From assembly GCA_944383375.1 (NCBI GenBank), contig CALWPG010000005.1, positions 24,982 to 88,981 on the forward strand: 64,000 nt of DNA. Reading direction: 5' to 3'. Positions within the stretch are counted from its first letter, which is position 1; every line of letters begins with the position of its first letter. A model generated the notes under the pieces. It did no database searches, had not been told where the DNA came from, and worked only from the letters and a program-made list of their open reading frames with translations. Below, in pieces: positions 35,047 through 45,494 of this stretch. The stretch comes from an uncultured Clostridia bacterium. GTDB lineage: Bacteria; Bacillota; Clostridia; Christensenellales; UBA1242. Position numbers and translations under genes: made by a program.

Positions 35047-37839
35047 TTATCTTCTACCACGTTTTTTCTTTTTGTCTTTCTTATCTGGAGTCTGTTCTTC
35101 GCTTTGTTGTTCTGTGTTCTCTAAATTTTCCGGTGTGGCAGACACTTGTTCCGGTTTTTCTTCTTTAACAACTGGTGTGGCACTTTTGTCCTTGTCGTCT
35201 TCAGGCTTCTCAGCTTGCTCACCTACATTTTGCTCATCCTGTTTATTTTCAAGATTTGCTTCGCCTACATTTTCAACATTTTGAGAACTTTCAGCAGCAT
35301 TATCCTTGATTTCTGCTTGAGGCTGTTCTATTAAATCAACATTTTCCTGTGCAGCCTTTTCCTGTTGTTCCTTGATTTGTTGAAGTGTTTCGCCAAGTTG
35401 TCTGTTGAGTTCATTTTGTTGTTCCATCAAACGGTTGCTTTCTTCCAAAATTTGGTTGCTAATAGCAGTTAATTCATCTTGTTTTCTTGGCCTGCCTCTC
35501 CTTTTTGGAGTAGTGCTTGTGGTTGTAACTTGTGGTGTCTTTCTTGGTCTACCACGTTTGCCTGTGGTTTTCTTTGCCGGTGTTGCAGTAGTTTTTCTTG
35601 GCCTACCACGTTTAGCCTGAGTCGTCTTTGGCTGGGTGGCAGTTGTCGTTGTCTTTCTAGGTCTGCCGCGTTTTCCTGCGGGTTTTTTCTCTATTTGAGC
35701 ATTGGAAGTATCTTTTCTAGGTCTACCACGTTTCTTTGGGGCCGGATTGATTTCTTCAGCAGTTTGCACGGTTTTTCTAGGTCTACCACGTTTGCCAGGT
35801 GTCTTCTTGGTTTCAGGTTTAGTTTCAGTTGTAGATTTTCTAGGTCTACCACGTTTCTTTGGTTGTTTGTTTTCTTCATTTGATACAACCTTTCTAGGTC
35901 TACCACGTTTTGCTTTTGGTTTTTCTTCCAATACAACATCAGTTTGTGGTTCACTGTCTTGAATTTTTAAGACATTGTCAACTTCTGCCTCAGAGTTTGA
36001 CTGTTCCTCTTTCTCTCCTTCAGGCAAACTTGGAGTTTCAACAACGTTGCCATCCTTGTCATATACAGTTCCGTCTAGTGCATGGTACAAACCTTTGTCA
36101 TCATAGTAAGTCCCATCTTCGTACCAGTAGTAACCATTTTCATCGTAAAAGCCTTGTGGCTTCTCTTCCACTTCTTGTTCAACTTGAGGTTGTTGTTCTT
36201 GTTGCTCAACTTCATCAGAAGCTTCTTGTGGCTGATCAGTTTGTTCTTGTTCAACCTTTTCTTCTTTAACTTCTTGCTCAGCTTCCTGAACTGGCACTTC
36301 AACACTCTCTATGTCAAGTTGATCATCAAGAACTTGGTCTTGATATTCTTCAGCTTTTTCTACCAATTCATCATTTTTCTCGTCAGGCTTTTCTTCTAAC
36401 TGTTGTTCATCCTCTGCCAGCACTTGCTCTTGATCTTCTGATTGTTCTTCTTTTTGGTGCAAAAGTTCTCTAAGATCCTCAATCACACCGTCTTTGATTG
36501 TGTTTATTTCTTTTGCCTTTTCAAGCTCTTTCAAAGCCTCAGTTCTTTGTTCTGCAAGCTCGTCGACTTCTTCTTTGTGCTTGCCTTGAACATCGCTTAA
36601 AATTGCCTTGTAAATTTTGGTTGAAAAAGTATCATATTCGCTGAGCATGGCTTTGGTTGCATATTGCTTTTTCTCTTCAAGCTCTGCTCTGAGCTTTTCA
36701 ATTTGTTCTTTAAGTGCATTAGTTTCTTGGTCGTAACGAACTGTTGCATCGTCCTGATCTTTTTCAAGTTGTTCTTGTTTTTTGATTTCGTCTTGTTGTT
36801 GTTTTCTTATGTAGTTGACTTCAATACGGTTGGTTGACTCCTCTTGTTGCTGACGAAGTCTTTCAATATTTTCTTTACTTGCTTGGAGTTTACGTTGATA
36901 GTCCTTTGAAGTGTTTTCATAATTTCTTTTTAAAGAGTCAATTTCGCTTTCAAATTGTTGAATTTGAGAAAGAATTCTTTGTCTGGTATTTAGATATATT
37001 TCAGACTCTTTCATGGCTCTATCCAAAATCAACGAGCCATCAATTCCTGCACTTTCAAAGTTATATTGCTCATGTTCAACAGCATTCTGTCTAGCACGCT
37101 CAAGTTCTTCTGCTTCTTGCCTTGCACGTTTTTCAAGATATTCATTGAGTACTGGAATTCCTCCACGAATTTCTTTTCTTGTAAACAATATTTCAAAGTC
37201 TACATATTTTGGAATAGTTGTTGATGCCTTGTCCACATATCTATTGAATAAGTGAAAATTCTGATATAAACTTGCAAGATTGAAATTTTGTGATGCCCTC
37301 AACAAAATTACAAAAATGACAGAAAGTAACAATATCAAAAGTGGAGTGATAAGAGAATTTGCAATGGTATCTATGCTGAGTGCAACACTGCCATAACTTA
37401 TCAAATTCATAACAAATGTCAAAAGTATTGTAACTGCACTTATACCAATAAAGTTTTTTATGTTTGAGGTATACCCACTGGTATGTAAAGGTTTTTCAAT
37501 GCAATTATACATGCTCATGTAATAGCTTGGCGCATGTTCGCGATAAAGCATGTATTGTTGCCAGTGATATCTTAGTAATTTTGGAGTTTTTTTGATAAGT
37601 CTATTGAATTCAACCAAGTTGGATTCATCGATCTGCTGATGGGCATAGAGCCATCTATTAAGTTTTTCCAAAGATCTTTCAAGCCTACCCTCATACGCAA
37701 AGCGTGATTTTAGCATAAAGAAAATCATCATGAGTGCAATAAAGCCAAGCGAAACATAGAATAACATGTTTCCACCAAGCCCGTCTTGAATGATCCTATA
37801 CAAAAAATCAGATACATTTTCAACGATAGTTAAAAGCAT
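35047..37839 (-). CDS. Membrane-anchored coiled-coil protein with eight RGRPRK AT-hook motifs
   Basis: 930 aa. Three hydrophobic segments in the first ~180 aa, with a K/R-rich loop between TM1 and TM2. A long E/K/Q coiled-coil region and an acidic region. Eight copies of [KG][KR]RGRPRK spaced 18-21 aa apart. Acidic tail ending in KKKKRGRR. Confidence 0.8.
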   Translation of the reverse strand: MLLTIVENVSDFLYRIIQDGLGGNMLFYVSLGFIALMMIFFMLKSRFAYEGRLERSLEKLNRWLYAHQQIDESNLVEFNRLIKKTPKLLRYHWQQYMLYREHAPSYYMSMYNCIEKPLHTSGYTSNIKNFIGISAVTILLTFVMNLISYGSVALSIDTIANSLITPLLILLLSVIFVILLRASQNFNLASLYQNFHLFNRYVDKASTTIPKYVDFEILFTRKEIRGGIPVLNEYLEKRARQEAEELERARQNAVEHEQYNFESAGIDGSLILDRAMKESEIYLNTRQRILSQIQQFESEIDSLKRNYENTSKDYQRKLQASKENIERLRQQQEESTNRIEVNYIRKQQQDEIKKQEQLEKDQDDATVRYDQETNALKEQIEKLRAELEEKKQYATKAMLSEYDTFSTKIYKAILSDVQGKHKEEVDELAEQRTEALKELEKAKEINTIKDGVIEDLRELLHQKEEQSEDQEQVLAEDEQQLEEKPDEKNDELVEKAEEYQDQVLDDQLDIESVEVPVQEAEQEVKEEKVEQEQTDQPQEASDEVEQQEQQPQVEQEVEEKPQGFYDENGYYWYEDGTYYDDKGLYHALDGTVYDKDGNVVETPSLPEGEKEEQSNSEAEVDNVLKIQDSEPQTDVVLEEKPKAKRGRPRKVVSNEENKQPKKRGRPRKSTTETKPETKKTPGKRGRPRKTVQTAEEINPAPKKRGRPRKDTSNAQIEKKPAGKRGRPRKTTTTATQPKTTQAKRGRPRKTTATPAKKTTGKRGRPRKTPQVTTTSTTPKRRGRPRKQDELTAISNQILEESNRLMEQQNELNRQLGETLQQIKEQQEKAAQENVDLIEQPQAEIKDNAAESSQNVENVGEANLENKQDEQNVGEQAEKPEDDKDKSATPVVKEEKPEQVSATPENLENTEQQSEEQTPDKKDKKKKRGRR
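35483..35915 (-). repeat. In-frame coding tandem repeat (~54-63-nt period) encoding the AT-hook array
   Basis: The plus strand shows TTTCT(A/T)GGTCTACCACGTTT eight times, starting near 35483, 35540, 35594, 35654, 35713, 35773, 35836 and 35891. Confidence 0.9.
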
Positions 37840-37987
37840 AATACTACCCCTTTTTTCTTACAATTTTCGAGTGTAGTATATCACATTATTTTTTTTTTAA
37901 CTAATATTTTACAATATTTTTTTTATTTTTTATGGAATTTATTGAATAATTTTTTTAATATTTTTTCGTATATTTTTAGACTGACTT

Positions 37988-40900
37988 TCATTTATGTGGT
38001 GTTATCTCAATTAGAGAAGCTTTTTTTAAACTTAAAATATAGCACTTTGAAACTTTTTTCATGAAGCCTTTTTCAATTGCTTTTTTATATAAATAAATCT
38101 GTTTATTATAGGATGATTTAAGTTGTTCATCATGTTTATTTGAAAATTTATAGTCAACAAGAATTGCTTCAACATCATTAAATAAAATCAAGTCACATAC
38201 ACCTTGTATCAACACCTCGTCTTTGTAGTCACTATCGCTAATTTCATTATATGGCAGTTTCATTACAAAACTGTGTTCTTTAATCACTTTGTAATTTTTT
38301 GCAATATTTTTTATTATATTTGCATTTTCGCAAACCAGTGCAATATCTATATTTTCAAGGAGATGTTCGTCATATATGCTCTGATTTTTTAAGTCTGATA
38401 TTATATTAGAAATTACATTTTCATTGATATCTTTTTCAAAATCAATACACTGTAGTATCTTGTGATAAATTATACCTTCATCAGTTGTCGGCTGGCTTTG
38501 GTTGTGCTCTGATATGCTGAGTTTGTTTGGCTGAAAATTTTGACTTGCATATTCGTATTCTTCTTTGAGTAACCCTGAGACAGTATTTTTCTGAGCAATT
38601 GAAGTTACGTCTTTTTGAGGATATTTTTTTTGAATATAATTTGCAAGCTCCTTGCAGTCAGAAGAAGATGTCGTCGCCAAAACTGTGTCGTTTTTGGGCT
38701 GACTTTTAAAACTATCGCTATTTATTACATTTAAAATAAATTTATCCTGTCCAAAAATATTACAACTTTTTTGCGAGTTTACACATATTATTGTTTTTTT
38801 GTCTAAACTTTTTATTATAAGATCAAGATACGATCTTTGTCTAAATACTTCATTATCATTAATAAATTGTTCATATTCCAATTTTTTGGTGGTACCAACG
38901 ATAAAAAGTTTGTTTTTGGCACGCGTTAGCGCAACATACAATAGTCTTAATTTTTCAGCAAAATCGTCATAAAAGTTGCTTTGTTTAATTACATCAAAAT
39001 AAATACTGTCATATTTTTTTCTTGCATCTTCGTCATAATATTTAATTCCAATGCCAAGATCTTCACTTAACATGAGTTTACTTGTTTTTGGTGAACGCAA
39101 TATATCTTGTCCCATGGAAACACAAAACACAATGGGCCATTCAAGTCCCTTGCTGGAATGCATGGTTGTAAGGGTTACACAATCATATGAGGAAACTTCA
39201 CTTGTAACTTTTAGATCTCGCGTACTTTGGTTTAAAAAACAAAGATACTTTCCGGCACTAAAATTGAACGATGAATCTATAAAAGAATTAATGTAACTTT
39301 GAATATTCTTTTTCCTTGATATTCCATTTTCCAAAAATGAAAGTTTGTAAAGATATTGCGTCTCGTTTACCAGCCAATTCAGTGCAAAGAAAAGACCTTT
39401 GAAAGTGTAATTTTGATAAAATGTTTGCAAAACATCCTTCATTTTTTCTATTTTTTGTTTTAATTCGTCACAAATATTATATTGCTCTACACATTCGTAA
39501 AAATATTTGTTATCGCCATTTTGTCTGATTCTCAACATTTCGTCGCTTGAAAAATCAAAAAGTGGTGACATCATGACACTTGACAACGCAATGTCATCAT
39601 TAAAATTTTCGCAAACTTTTATTGCATTTATAAGTACCTTGACATCATAAACTTCTTCCAAGTCCGTATTTGAATTTTCCAATAGAGGAATACCATACCT
39701 CTCAAACACTTCCACAAATTCTGACTGTTTAGCCCTAGTTCGAAATAGAACGCAAATGTCATTATATGTTATTTTTCTATAATTTTTGGTCTTAATGTCA
39801 TATATCTTTTCATCTAAAAGTTTAGTTATCTTTTCCGCTACTATCCTTGCCTCAACTTTTTCATTGGAAACATTGATGGAGTCATCGTTTAGAACGCTGT
39901 AAATTTTGTTTAAAACATGGTCCTCATCATCTTGACTATTGACAACGACATCTAGTTCGACATTATAATCCTCTTCCAAAAAATTTGCTTGTGCTACAAG
40001 TTTGGCATCATTTTTATAATCTAATCCCGCACTCTTTGTTGTCATGATTTTTGAAAAAATTTCATTGACAAAATTCAAAATAGGTTTACATGTTCTAAAA
40101 TTACAGTTTAAAAGCATGGCTTTTGACTTCCCAGTCAAAATGTCCTGTTTTTTATAATTTTCTATTATTCTTGCAAAAATTTTAGAGTTTGATTGTCTAA
40201 AGCCATAAATAGCTTGCTTTAAATCTCCCACTAAAAACAAATTATCATCTCGCGATATAAGGGAAACTATTTTTTCTTGCACTAAGTTTGCATCTTGAAA
40301 TTCGTCTATAAAAATTTTTTTATACTGATTTTTTAAATTATTTGCAATGTTTTCGTTTTCAAGCACTTTGATTGTAAGTCTTTCAACATCGTCAAAATCG
40401 TACATATTTTTTTGCTTTTTAAGTCTTGTGTACCTCGCTTTAAATTCATCGCACAGACTTAGTAAAACCTCAATATTTGACTTACAGAAAATAATGCTTT
40501 TTTTATACACCTCTTTACTTACATAACTTTTTAGACCATCCACAACTTCCTTTATGATGTCACGAGCATAGCACAAATCTACGATCAGTTCATCATCTCC
40601 ACTAGGCTTTTTAGGCATGGATAAACCAGCGCAGTAGTCAATAAGTTTTGAAAAGTCTTTGTTGTCTTTTATAAACATTGAAATTGCCATGAGCTCACTT
40701 GCAAATTTGCAATATTTTTCATTGCCCAATTTTTGGCTTTTGCCATGCAGTTTTTCAAGTAGAAAATTTGCATATGATAGTTTTGAATCAAAATATTGTT
40801 TGAGTATATTTTCTGCTTTTTGATTTTCAAAAAGATCTAGTGCATTTCGTTTAAAGTCATCATAATTTAAAATTGAACAACTGTAGTTATATATGCTGAG

Positions 40901-41413
40901 CACAAGGTCATAAATATTTTTGTCCGTTCTGTTGTCGGCAAAACAGTTGAATAGTTCAAAATATCTGTCTGGCTGTTTTGCTTTAAAGACATCTATGGTT
41001 TTTTTGAGTGCACGCTGTTGATATAATTTTTGACTAGCATTGTCAAGAATAGAAAATGATGGTGAAATATCTAAGACATAAAAATATTTTTTGACAATCT
41101 TTTGACAAAAACTATCAAAAGTAGATATGTCGGCAAGGGGGATGTCATCAATAAGTTCCATGAGGTCCTGTCTTGAAGTTGCCGCCTCACACAGTGCATT
41201 TGTCAACCTTTGCCGCATTTCGTGGCTGGCAAAATTTGTGTATGTAAGCACCAAGATATCTTTAATTTTCAAATCGTGGTTTAAAATGTAATCAATTATT
41301 TTTCTGATCATGACACTGGTTTTGCCACTGCCTGCGGAGGCAGAGACGACCAAATTTTTGTCATAACAGTTTATCACATCTTCTTGTTCTTGTATCTTTT
41401 CAAATTCACTCAT
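37988..41413 (-). CDS. addA: ATP-dependent helicase/nuclease subunit A (AddA/RexA)
   Basis: UvrD-type Walker A ASAGSGKTSVM, motif II FIDEFQDA, helicase motifs through VALTRAK, and a C-terminal PD-(D/E)xK nuclease (GVCDLILF...ILVDYKF). Confidence 0.9.
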   Translation of the reverse strand: MSEFEKIQEQEDVINCYDKNLVVSASAGSGKTSVMIRKIIDYILNHDLKIKDILVLTYTNFASHEMRQRLTNALCEAATSRQDLMELIDDIPLADISTFDSFCQKIVKKYFYVLDISPSFSILDNASQKLYQQRALKKTIDVFKAKQPDRYFELFNCFADNRTDKNIYDLVLSIYNYSCSILNYDDFKRNALDLFENQKAENILKQYFDSKLSYANFLLEKLHGKSQKLGNEKYCKFASELMAISMFIKDNKDFSKLIDYCAGLSMPKKPSGDDELIVDLCYARDIIKEVVDGLKSYVSKEVYKKSIIFCKSNIEVLLSLCDEFKARYTRLKKQKNMYDFDDVERLTIKVLENENIANNLKNQYKKIFIDEFQDANLVQEKIVSLISRDDNLFLVGDLKQAIYGFRQSNSKIFARIIENYKKQDILTGKSKAMLLNCNFRTCKPILNFVNEIFSKIMTTKSAGLDYKNDAKLVAQANFLEEDYNVELDVVVNSQDDEDHVLNKIYSVLNDDSINVSNEKVEARIVAEKITKLLDEKIYDIKTKNYRKITYNDICVLFRTRAKQSEFVEVFERYGIPLLENSNTDLEEVYDVKVLINAIKVCENFNDDIALSSVMMSPLFDFSSDEMLRIRQNGDNKYFYECVEQYNICDELKQKIEKMKDVLQTFYQNYTFKGLFFALNWLVNETQYLYKLSFLENGISRKKNIQSYINSFIDSSFNFSAGKYLCFLNQSTRDLKVTSEVSSYDCVTLTTMHSSKGLEWPIVFCVSMGQDILRSPKTSKLMLSEDLGIGIKYYDEDARKKYDSIYFDVIKQSNFYDDFAEKLRLLYVALTRAKNKLFIVGTTKKLEYEQFINDNEVFRQRSYLDLIIKSLDKKTIICVNSQKSCNIFGQDKFILNVINSDSFKSQPKNDTVLATTSSSDCKELANYIQKKYPQKDVTSIAQKNTVSGLLKEEYEYASQNFQPNKLSISEHNQSQPTTDEGIIYHKILQCIDFEKDINENVISNIISDLKNQSIYDEHLLENIDIALVCENANIIKNIAKNYKVIKEHSFVMKLPYNEISDSDYKDEVLIQGVCDLILFNDVEAILVDYKFSNKHDEQLKSSYNKQIYLYKKAIEKGFMKKVSKCYILSLKKASLIEITPHK

Positions 41414-44400
41414 ACTTCACCTCGAAGGTTTTAGCCTCAACACTGCCCATTTTTTTCCTAGATATATTTTCATCATGCCCACATACATCTTTGTAGGGAC
41501 AAAATTTACAACTATCATTTATAGGCGAAGGTTCGATGTTGCCTTTTATGATTTCATCCAGTGCCTGTTTTATTATTTTAACTGAATAATCCAGCATGCC
41601 CTTTAATTGATCTGTGGTAACCTTTTTTCTTGAAACAATGCTCTTTATATTGTTCTCGATATTTTTTTTGCTGGTTGAAAAGGCGACATCAAAAAGTCTA
41701 CTTTTATTTTCCTCTAATAAATTTTTGTCGGCAAGTTGACATAAAGCAGCATCATCTATAAAATAGCCACTTAGCTTGTAGTCATCAGTACCTTCCAAGG
41801 AAAAAGCACTCAAAATAGGCAGATAAAAAGCACCAAAAGGCTTTGCATCAAAAATTTCAGTGAGGGCTTTTAAATAGACATATACTTGAATTTTAGTTCC
41901 ATAATACAAGTTGTCGATTTTGGCATTGGAACCGGCAAGCGAACCTGTTTTGTAATCAATTACACGCAGGTATTTGTCATATTTATCCACACGATCCACA
42001 ATTCCGACTATGGAGTAATTTTCATTGTTCAAATTCACACAAAGTGAGTTATCAAACTTGTATTCTGTTTTAAAGATTTTAAAATCAGAACATTTTTGTT
42101 CATAGTTTAAGAAAGTTCCAAACCTTTTCACTTCATTTTTAAGAAGTTTGCACACAAAGGCATTTTCATCGTCTTTTAAAATACTGTATTTTTCACTATT
42201 GACAAGTTTTGAAAAACATTTCTCAATTTCCAAGCCCAAAGTTTTGTCGTCATAAGTTCCCAGTTTTTTACTTCCCATTCTCACAATTAAATTACAAAAA
42301 TCGTGTAAGAAATTACCAAAGTCGTTTGCTTTGATATCTCCATCCCTATTTTCGACCAACTTTAATCCATATGAGGCGAAATGTTTAAAAGGACAACTAA
42401 AATAATTTTCAATCTGTGTTATCTTTATTCGCTTGTCTTTGTCAATAAAGTTTGAACTTATATTGTTTTTATCTAGCACAGTGTACTCAACGTCCTCACC
42501 CAAAGTCAAAAGCGCAGATTTTATCTTTGCACCCGAACTATTTGCAGTCACACTTTCTCTTGCAACTTTGTTGTTTGGAGCATAAAACTTTAGGCTTTCA
42601 ACATTTGTACTTAGAGCAAAATCTTCTTTGGATAGTTTTTTTGCACCAAGTTTTTCAAAATCTGTAATAAAATTTGCAGCGACAACTTTTTTACCATCTT
42701 CACTTTGAAGTGGATATGTGATGGTGAGATATTTCGCGCAAAAGAAATCATCAAATATTTTAAACTTATTTCTGCGATTGATCATCTTGGCAGTTGGAGA
42801 TATCTTAATGCAGTTCTCAAGAGACTTTATGTCATTGTCCAGTATGAGGCTTTCATCACTCACCCTCTTCATGACATCCATTGTTGCACCAACTATGAAC
42901 ATATATTTCTTTTGTTCAAAAAAGCTTTTTTGTATATCTCCAACAAAAACGCAATCCAAAGAAAGAGGTATTTTATTTATTTTTAAAGAACCAATAGCGT
43001 TTAAATAGAAATCAGAAAAGTCGGCAAATGTTATACTTTGTTCTCCCAAAATTGCACAGACCTTGTCATTTAGTTTTTGTATTTTTTCAAATATTTGAAT
43101 ATATGTTTTTTCGTAGCCTAGATCAGCCATTTCTTTGAATTGTTGAGATACAATATCCAATTTATTTTGCACATCAAAATACTGAAAAATATTTTTTATA
43201 ATTTCTATAAAATGTCCAAATGTAGCATTATTTTCCAAATTATTTAAAAATTCAAAAATATATTTTATTTTTTCGTCATAATTATATATATTTTTTATTT
43301 TTTTGTATTCAATATTATTTTCTTTTATATATTTTATTACTTCATATTTTTTTGATTTTTCCAAACCAAAAAAATAGTTTGAAATTAAGCTTAAGATATT
43401 GTCCTTTTCGAAGCCAGAATTTTTTAATTCAAATACTGATTGCAAAAAATCATATATTGGGGTTTGATCAATAGCTATTGAATTGTCTATGTAAAAACTA
43501 ATGTCAAACTTTGTAAATACATTTTCAATCAATGGAAAATAACTTTCTTTTGAAGCCACCAAAATATTGCTATATTTTTCACCATGTTTGATTAAATAAG
43601 CAATCTGTTTTGCAACATTATCCACTTCATCGTACATTGTTGGCAACGCAATAAGAGGAGTGGATATACCTTTACTTTTTATGTCATAGCCAAACACATT
43701 TTCAAAAATGTATTCTCGGTCATCGTCAAACTTGCACTCTATGTCAATGACTTCATATTCAAGCTTTTTTTCTTTTAAAAAATCAAGTATGGTGTCCATC
43801 ATTTCAGTGTCGTAGAGTGCTTTGTTTTTGAATTTGCTTGCACGTATAACGCCTATACAAACATTTTTGACGACAGTGCAAATTTTCTTTACAATTTCAT
43901 AACCTTGTGCTGTGAAGCTGTCAAATCCACAAAAATAAAAATTTGTGTTTTGATACTGGGACGTATTGTCTATAAGTGATGAAAAAGTTTTGATTAAATT
44001 TGTGGCATCCAACCTAAAGCCAAGCAATTTTTCGTACTCACCAAGCACAATCTTTAAATCGCAAAGCTTTTGATTTAGTTCTTCATCATCAACGGTTACA
44101 TCCTGCAAAACCTCAAAATCAATTTTTGATGATCGCATGAGTGCGAGTGCATTTTTTATCTTTTCAAACAATCCATTGTTTAATGTTTTTGAAAAACAAA
44201 CAAATTTATCTTTCACATTTTGAATAGCGTGATACAGCACAAAGTCACTTTCTGTTTGATCGACAAATACACAATTGAGGTTGGCCTTTTCAATAAGCTT
44301 TCTCGCCAAGGCATTTATGCCCATGACTGAGATATTGAAGGTTGAAGAAATATTCAAGACGTCAAAAACCGACTTTTCAACAATGAGAGAAAAGCGGTCT

Positions 44401-44513
44401 GGAACAACAATTATATTTTCACAAGAAAAATCTTGCACAAAAGGCTTGATTTGAGCAATGACAGCATCTTTGACATCATTGATCAAATTACCCGTAATCA
44501 ACTTTATTGCCAT
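41406..44513 (-). CDS. addB: Helicase/nuclease subunit B, RexB-like (no Walker A), with Fe-S nuclease domain
   Basis: C-terminal nuclease motif GIVDRVD...VIDYKTG flanked by CPFKHF and CKFCPYKDVC (four-Cys cluster). 8-nt ATGAGTGA overlap with addA. The N-terminus reads ITGNLINDVKDAV where AddB of B. subtilis has GxxGxGKT. Confidence 0.85.
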   Translation of the reverse strand: MAIKLITGNLINDVKDAVIAQIKPFVQDFSCENIIVVPDRFSLIVEKSVFDVLNISSTFNISVMGINALARKLIEKANLNCVFVDQTESDFVLYHAIQNVKDKFVCFSKTLNNGLFEKIKNALALMRSSKIDFEVLQDVTVDDEELNQKLCDLKIVLGEYEKLLGFRLDATNLIKTFSSLIDNTSQYQNTNFYFCGFDSFTAQGYEIVKKICTVVKNVCIGVIRASKFKNKALYDTEMMDTILDFLKEKKLEYEVIDIECKFDDDREYIFENVFGYDIKSKGISTPLIALPTMYDEVDNVAKQIAYLIKHGEKYSNILVASKESYFPLIENVFTKFDISFYIDNSIAIDQTPIYDFLQSVFELKNSGFEKDNILSLISNYFFGLEKSKKYEVIKYIKENNIEYKKIKNIYNYDEKIKYIFEFLNNLENNATFGHFIEIIKNIFQYFDVQNKLDIVSQQFKEMADLGYEKTYIQIFEKIQKLNDKVCAILGEQSITFADFSDFYLNAIGSLKINKIPLSLDCVFVGDIQKSFFEQKKYMFIVGATMDVMKRVSDESLILDNDIKSLENCIKISPTAKMINRRNKFKIFDDFFCAKYLTITYPLQSEDGKKVVAANFITDFEKLGAKKLSKEDFALSTNVESLKFYAPNNKVARESVTANSSGAKIKSALLTLGEDVEYTVLDKNNISSNFIDKDKRIKITQIENYFSCPFKHFASYGLKLVENRDGDIKANDFGNFLHDFCNLIVRMGSKKLGTYDDKTLGLEIEKCFSKLVNSEKYSILKDDENAFVCKLLKNEVKRFGTFLNYEQKCSDFKIFKTEYKFDNSLCVNLNNENYSIVGIVDRVDKYDKYLRVIDYKTGSLAGSNAKIDNLYYGTKIQVYVYLKALTEIFDAKPFGAFYLPILSAFSLEGTDDYKLSGYFIDDAALCQLADKNLLEENKSRLFDVAFSTSKKNIENNIKSIVSRKKVTTDQLKGMLDYSVKIIKQALDEIIKGNIEPSPINDSCKFCPYKDVCGHDENISRKKMGSVEAKTFEVKYE

Positions 44514-44550
44514 ACATGTATTTTAGCAAAAAATGGCAACTTTCGCAACA

Positions 44551-45390
44551 TTAATTAGTGCTTATATTTTTCGATTTATATTTGTTAGCAAATTTTTTTA
44601 ATCCCTGCATTCTGCTTTGACTGCTGATAAGTTCGGCATTTTTACCACGAAGAAGCTTTAACTCCTCACAAAGTCGCTCATTTTCTTGCGATAACAATTT
44701 GAAGTTTTTTTGTAAAGCCTTGACCTCATTTTCCTTTTGCCTTAGATTGATCAATGTTTTTCTGAGCATTGCATTCGCCTTTTCTGTTTCAACCATAAAT
44801 TCTTTTGATGCCTCTTCACTAGCCTGTTTTTTCACCAACTTTACAAGTCCCAAAAATAGGCTATTGATGTCGCTTTCTGTAAGCCGCATCCTGTTGTTTT
44901 TAAAAGTTAGCACATTATTTGGTGTTTCCCTTTTAACAGAAACTCCCTCTTTTTGAAGTTCCTCAAGGCAACTTTCGTAGATCTCTTTTTGTTTTATGAC
45001 CACTGTTCTGAATTTATTTTGATACCTAACCATAAGTGATATATCTCCACCCGCAAGTTCAAGACAAGCTTTTCTGACAGAAATCCCCTTTGCATTTTTT
45101 TGTAAAATATTTTTCACAAGATCTTTGGTTTCTTGAAGCGAAAATTCCTTTTGGTCATTTTTTTCATGCTTTTTTATATCGATTCCCAACCTATTTCGCC
45201 TCTTCTCATCCTCTTGCAGAGCATCAAGCTCGATGTAGTAATAATTTCTAACACTATTTGGTTTACGATTGGTCATTGTGGCATAGTCAGCAAAAAGTTT
45301 TATGAGTGGTATGTTGTCCTTTTTACCCTCTTCAATAAACTTAAATAATTTGATTACCTCTTCGTCTTTCCATTTTGAATATATTCTCAT
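44551..45390 (-). CDS. Myb/SANT-like (RsfA-like) N-terminal domain protein with a C-terminal coiled coil
   Basis: Start set to MRIYSKWKDEEVIKLFKFIEEGKK...KPNSVRNYYYIEL behind AAAGGAGAG. The W-x2-EE ... R-N-Y pattern resembles Myb-like/RsfA domains. The C-terminus is heptad-rich. Domain call is tentative. Confidence 0.45.
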   Translation of the reverse strand: MRIYSKWKDEEVIKLFKFIEEGKKDNIPLIKLFADYATMTNRKPNSVRNYYYIELDALQEDEKRRNRLGIDIKKHEKNDQKEFSLQETKDLVKNILQKNAKGISVRKACLELAGGDISLMVRYQNKFRTVVIKQKEIYESCLEELQKEGVSVKRETPNNVLTFKNNRMRLTESDINSLFLGLVKLVKKQASEEASKEFMVETEKANAMLRKTLINLRQKENEVKALQKNFKLLSQENERLCEELKLLRGKNAELISSQSRMQGLKKFANKYKSKNISTN

Positions 45391-45494
45391 GATCTCTCCT
45401 TTGAGATAACTATTGACACAAATGCAAAAAATTAAACAATAAATAGGCAAACTTTTTTGTTTTGAAAAGGGAAAAACCCACATATACATACAAT

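Noticed and set aside
35483-35915. Regularly spaced ~21-nt repeats with ~35-40-nt variable spacers, which superficially resemble a CRISPR array
   Set aside because: The repeats are in frame within a 930-aa ORF and encode RGRPRK. The period varies from 54 to 63 nt. No cas genes or leader are present. The plus-strand ORFs here (35405..35620, 35479..35883, 35702..35962) are antisense artefacts of the same repeat.
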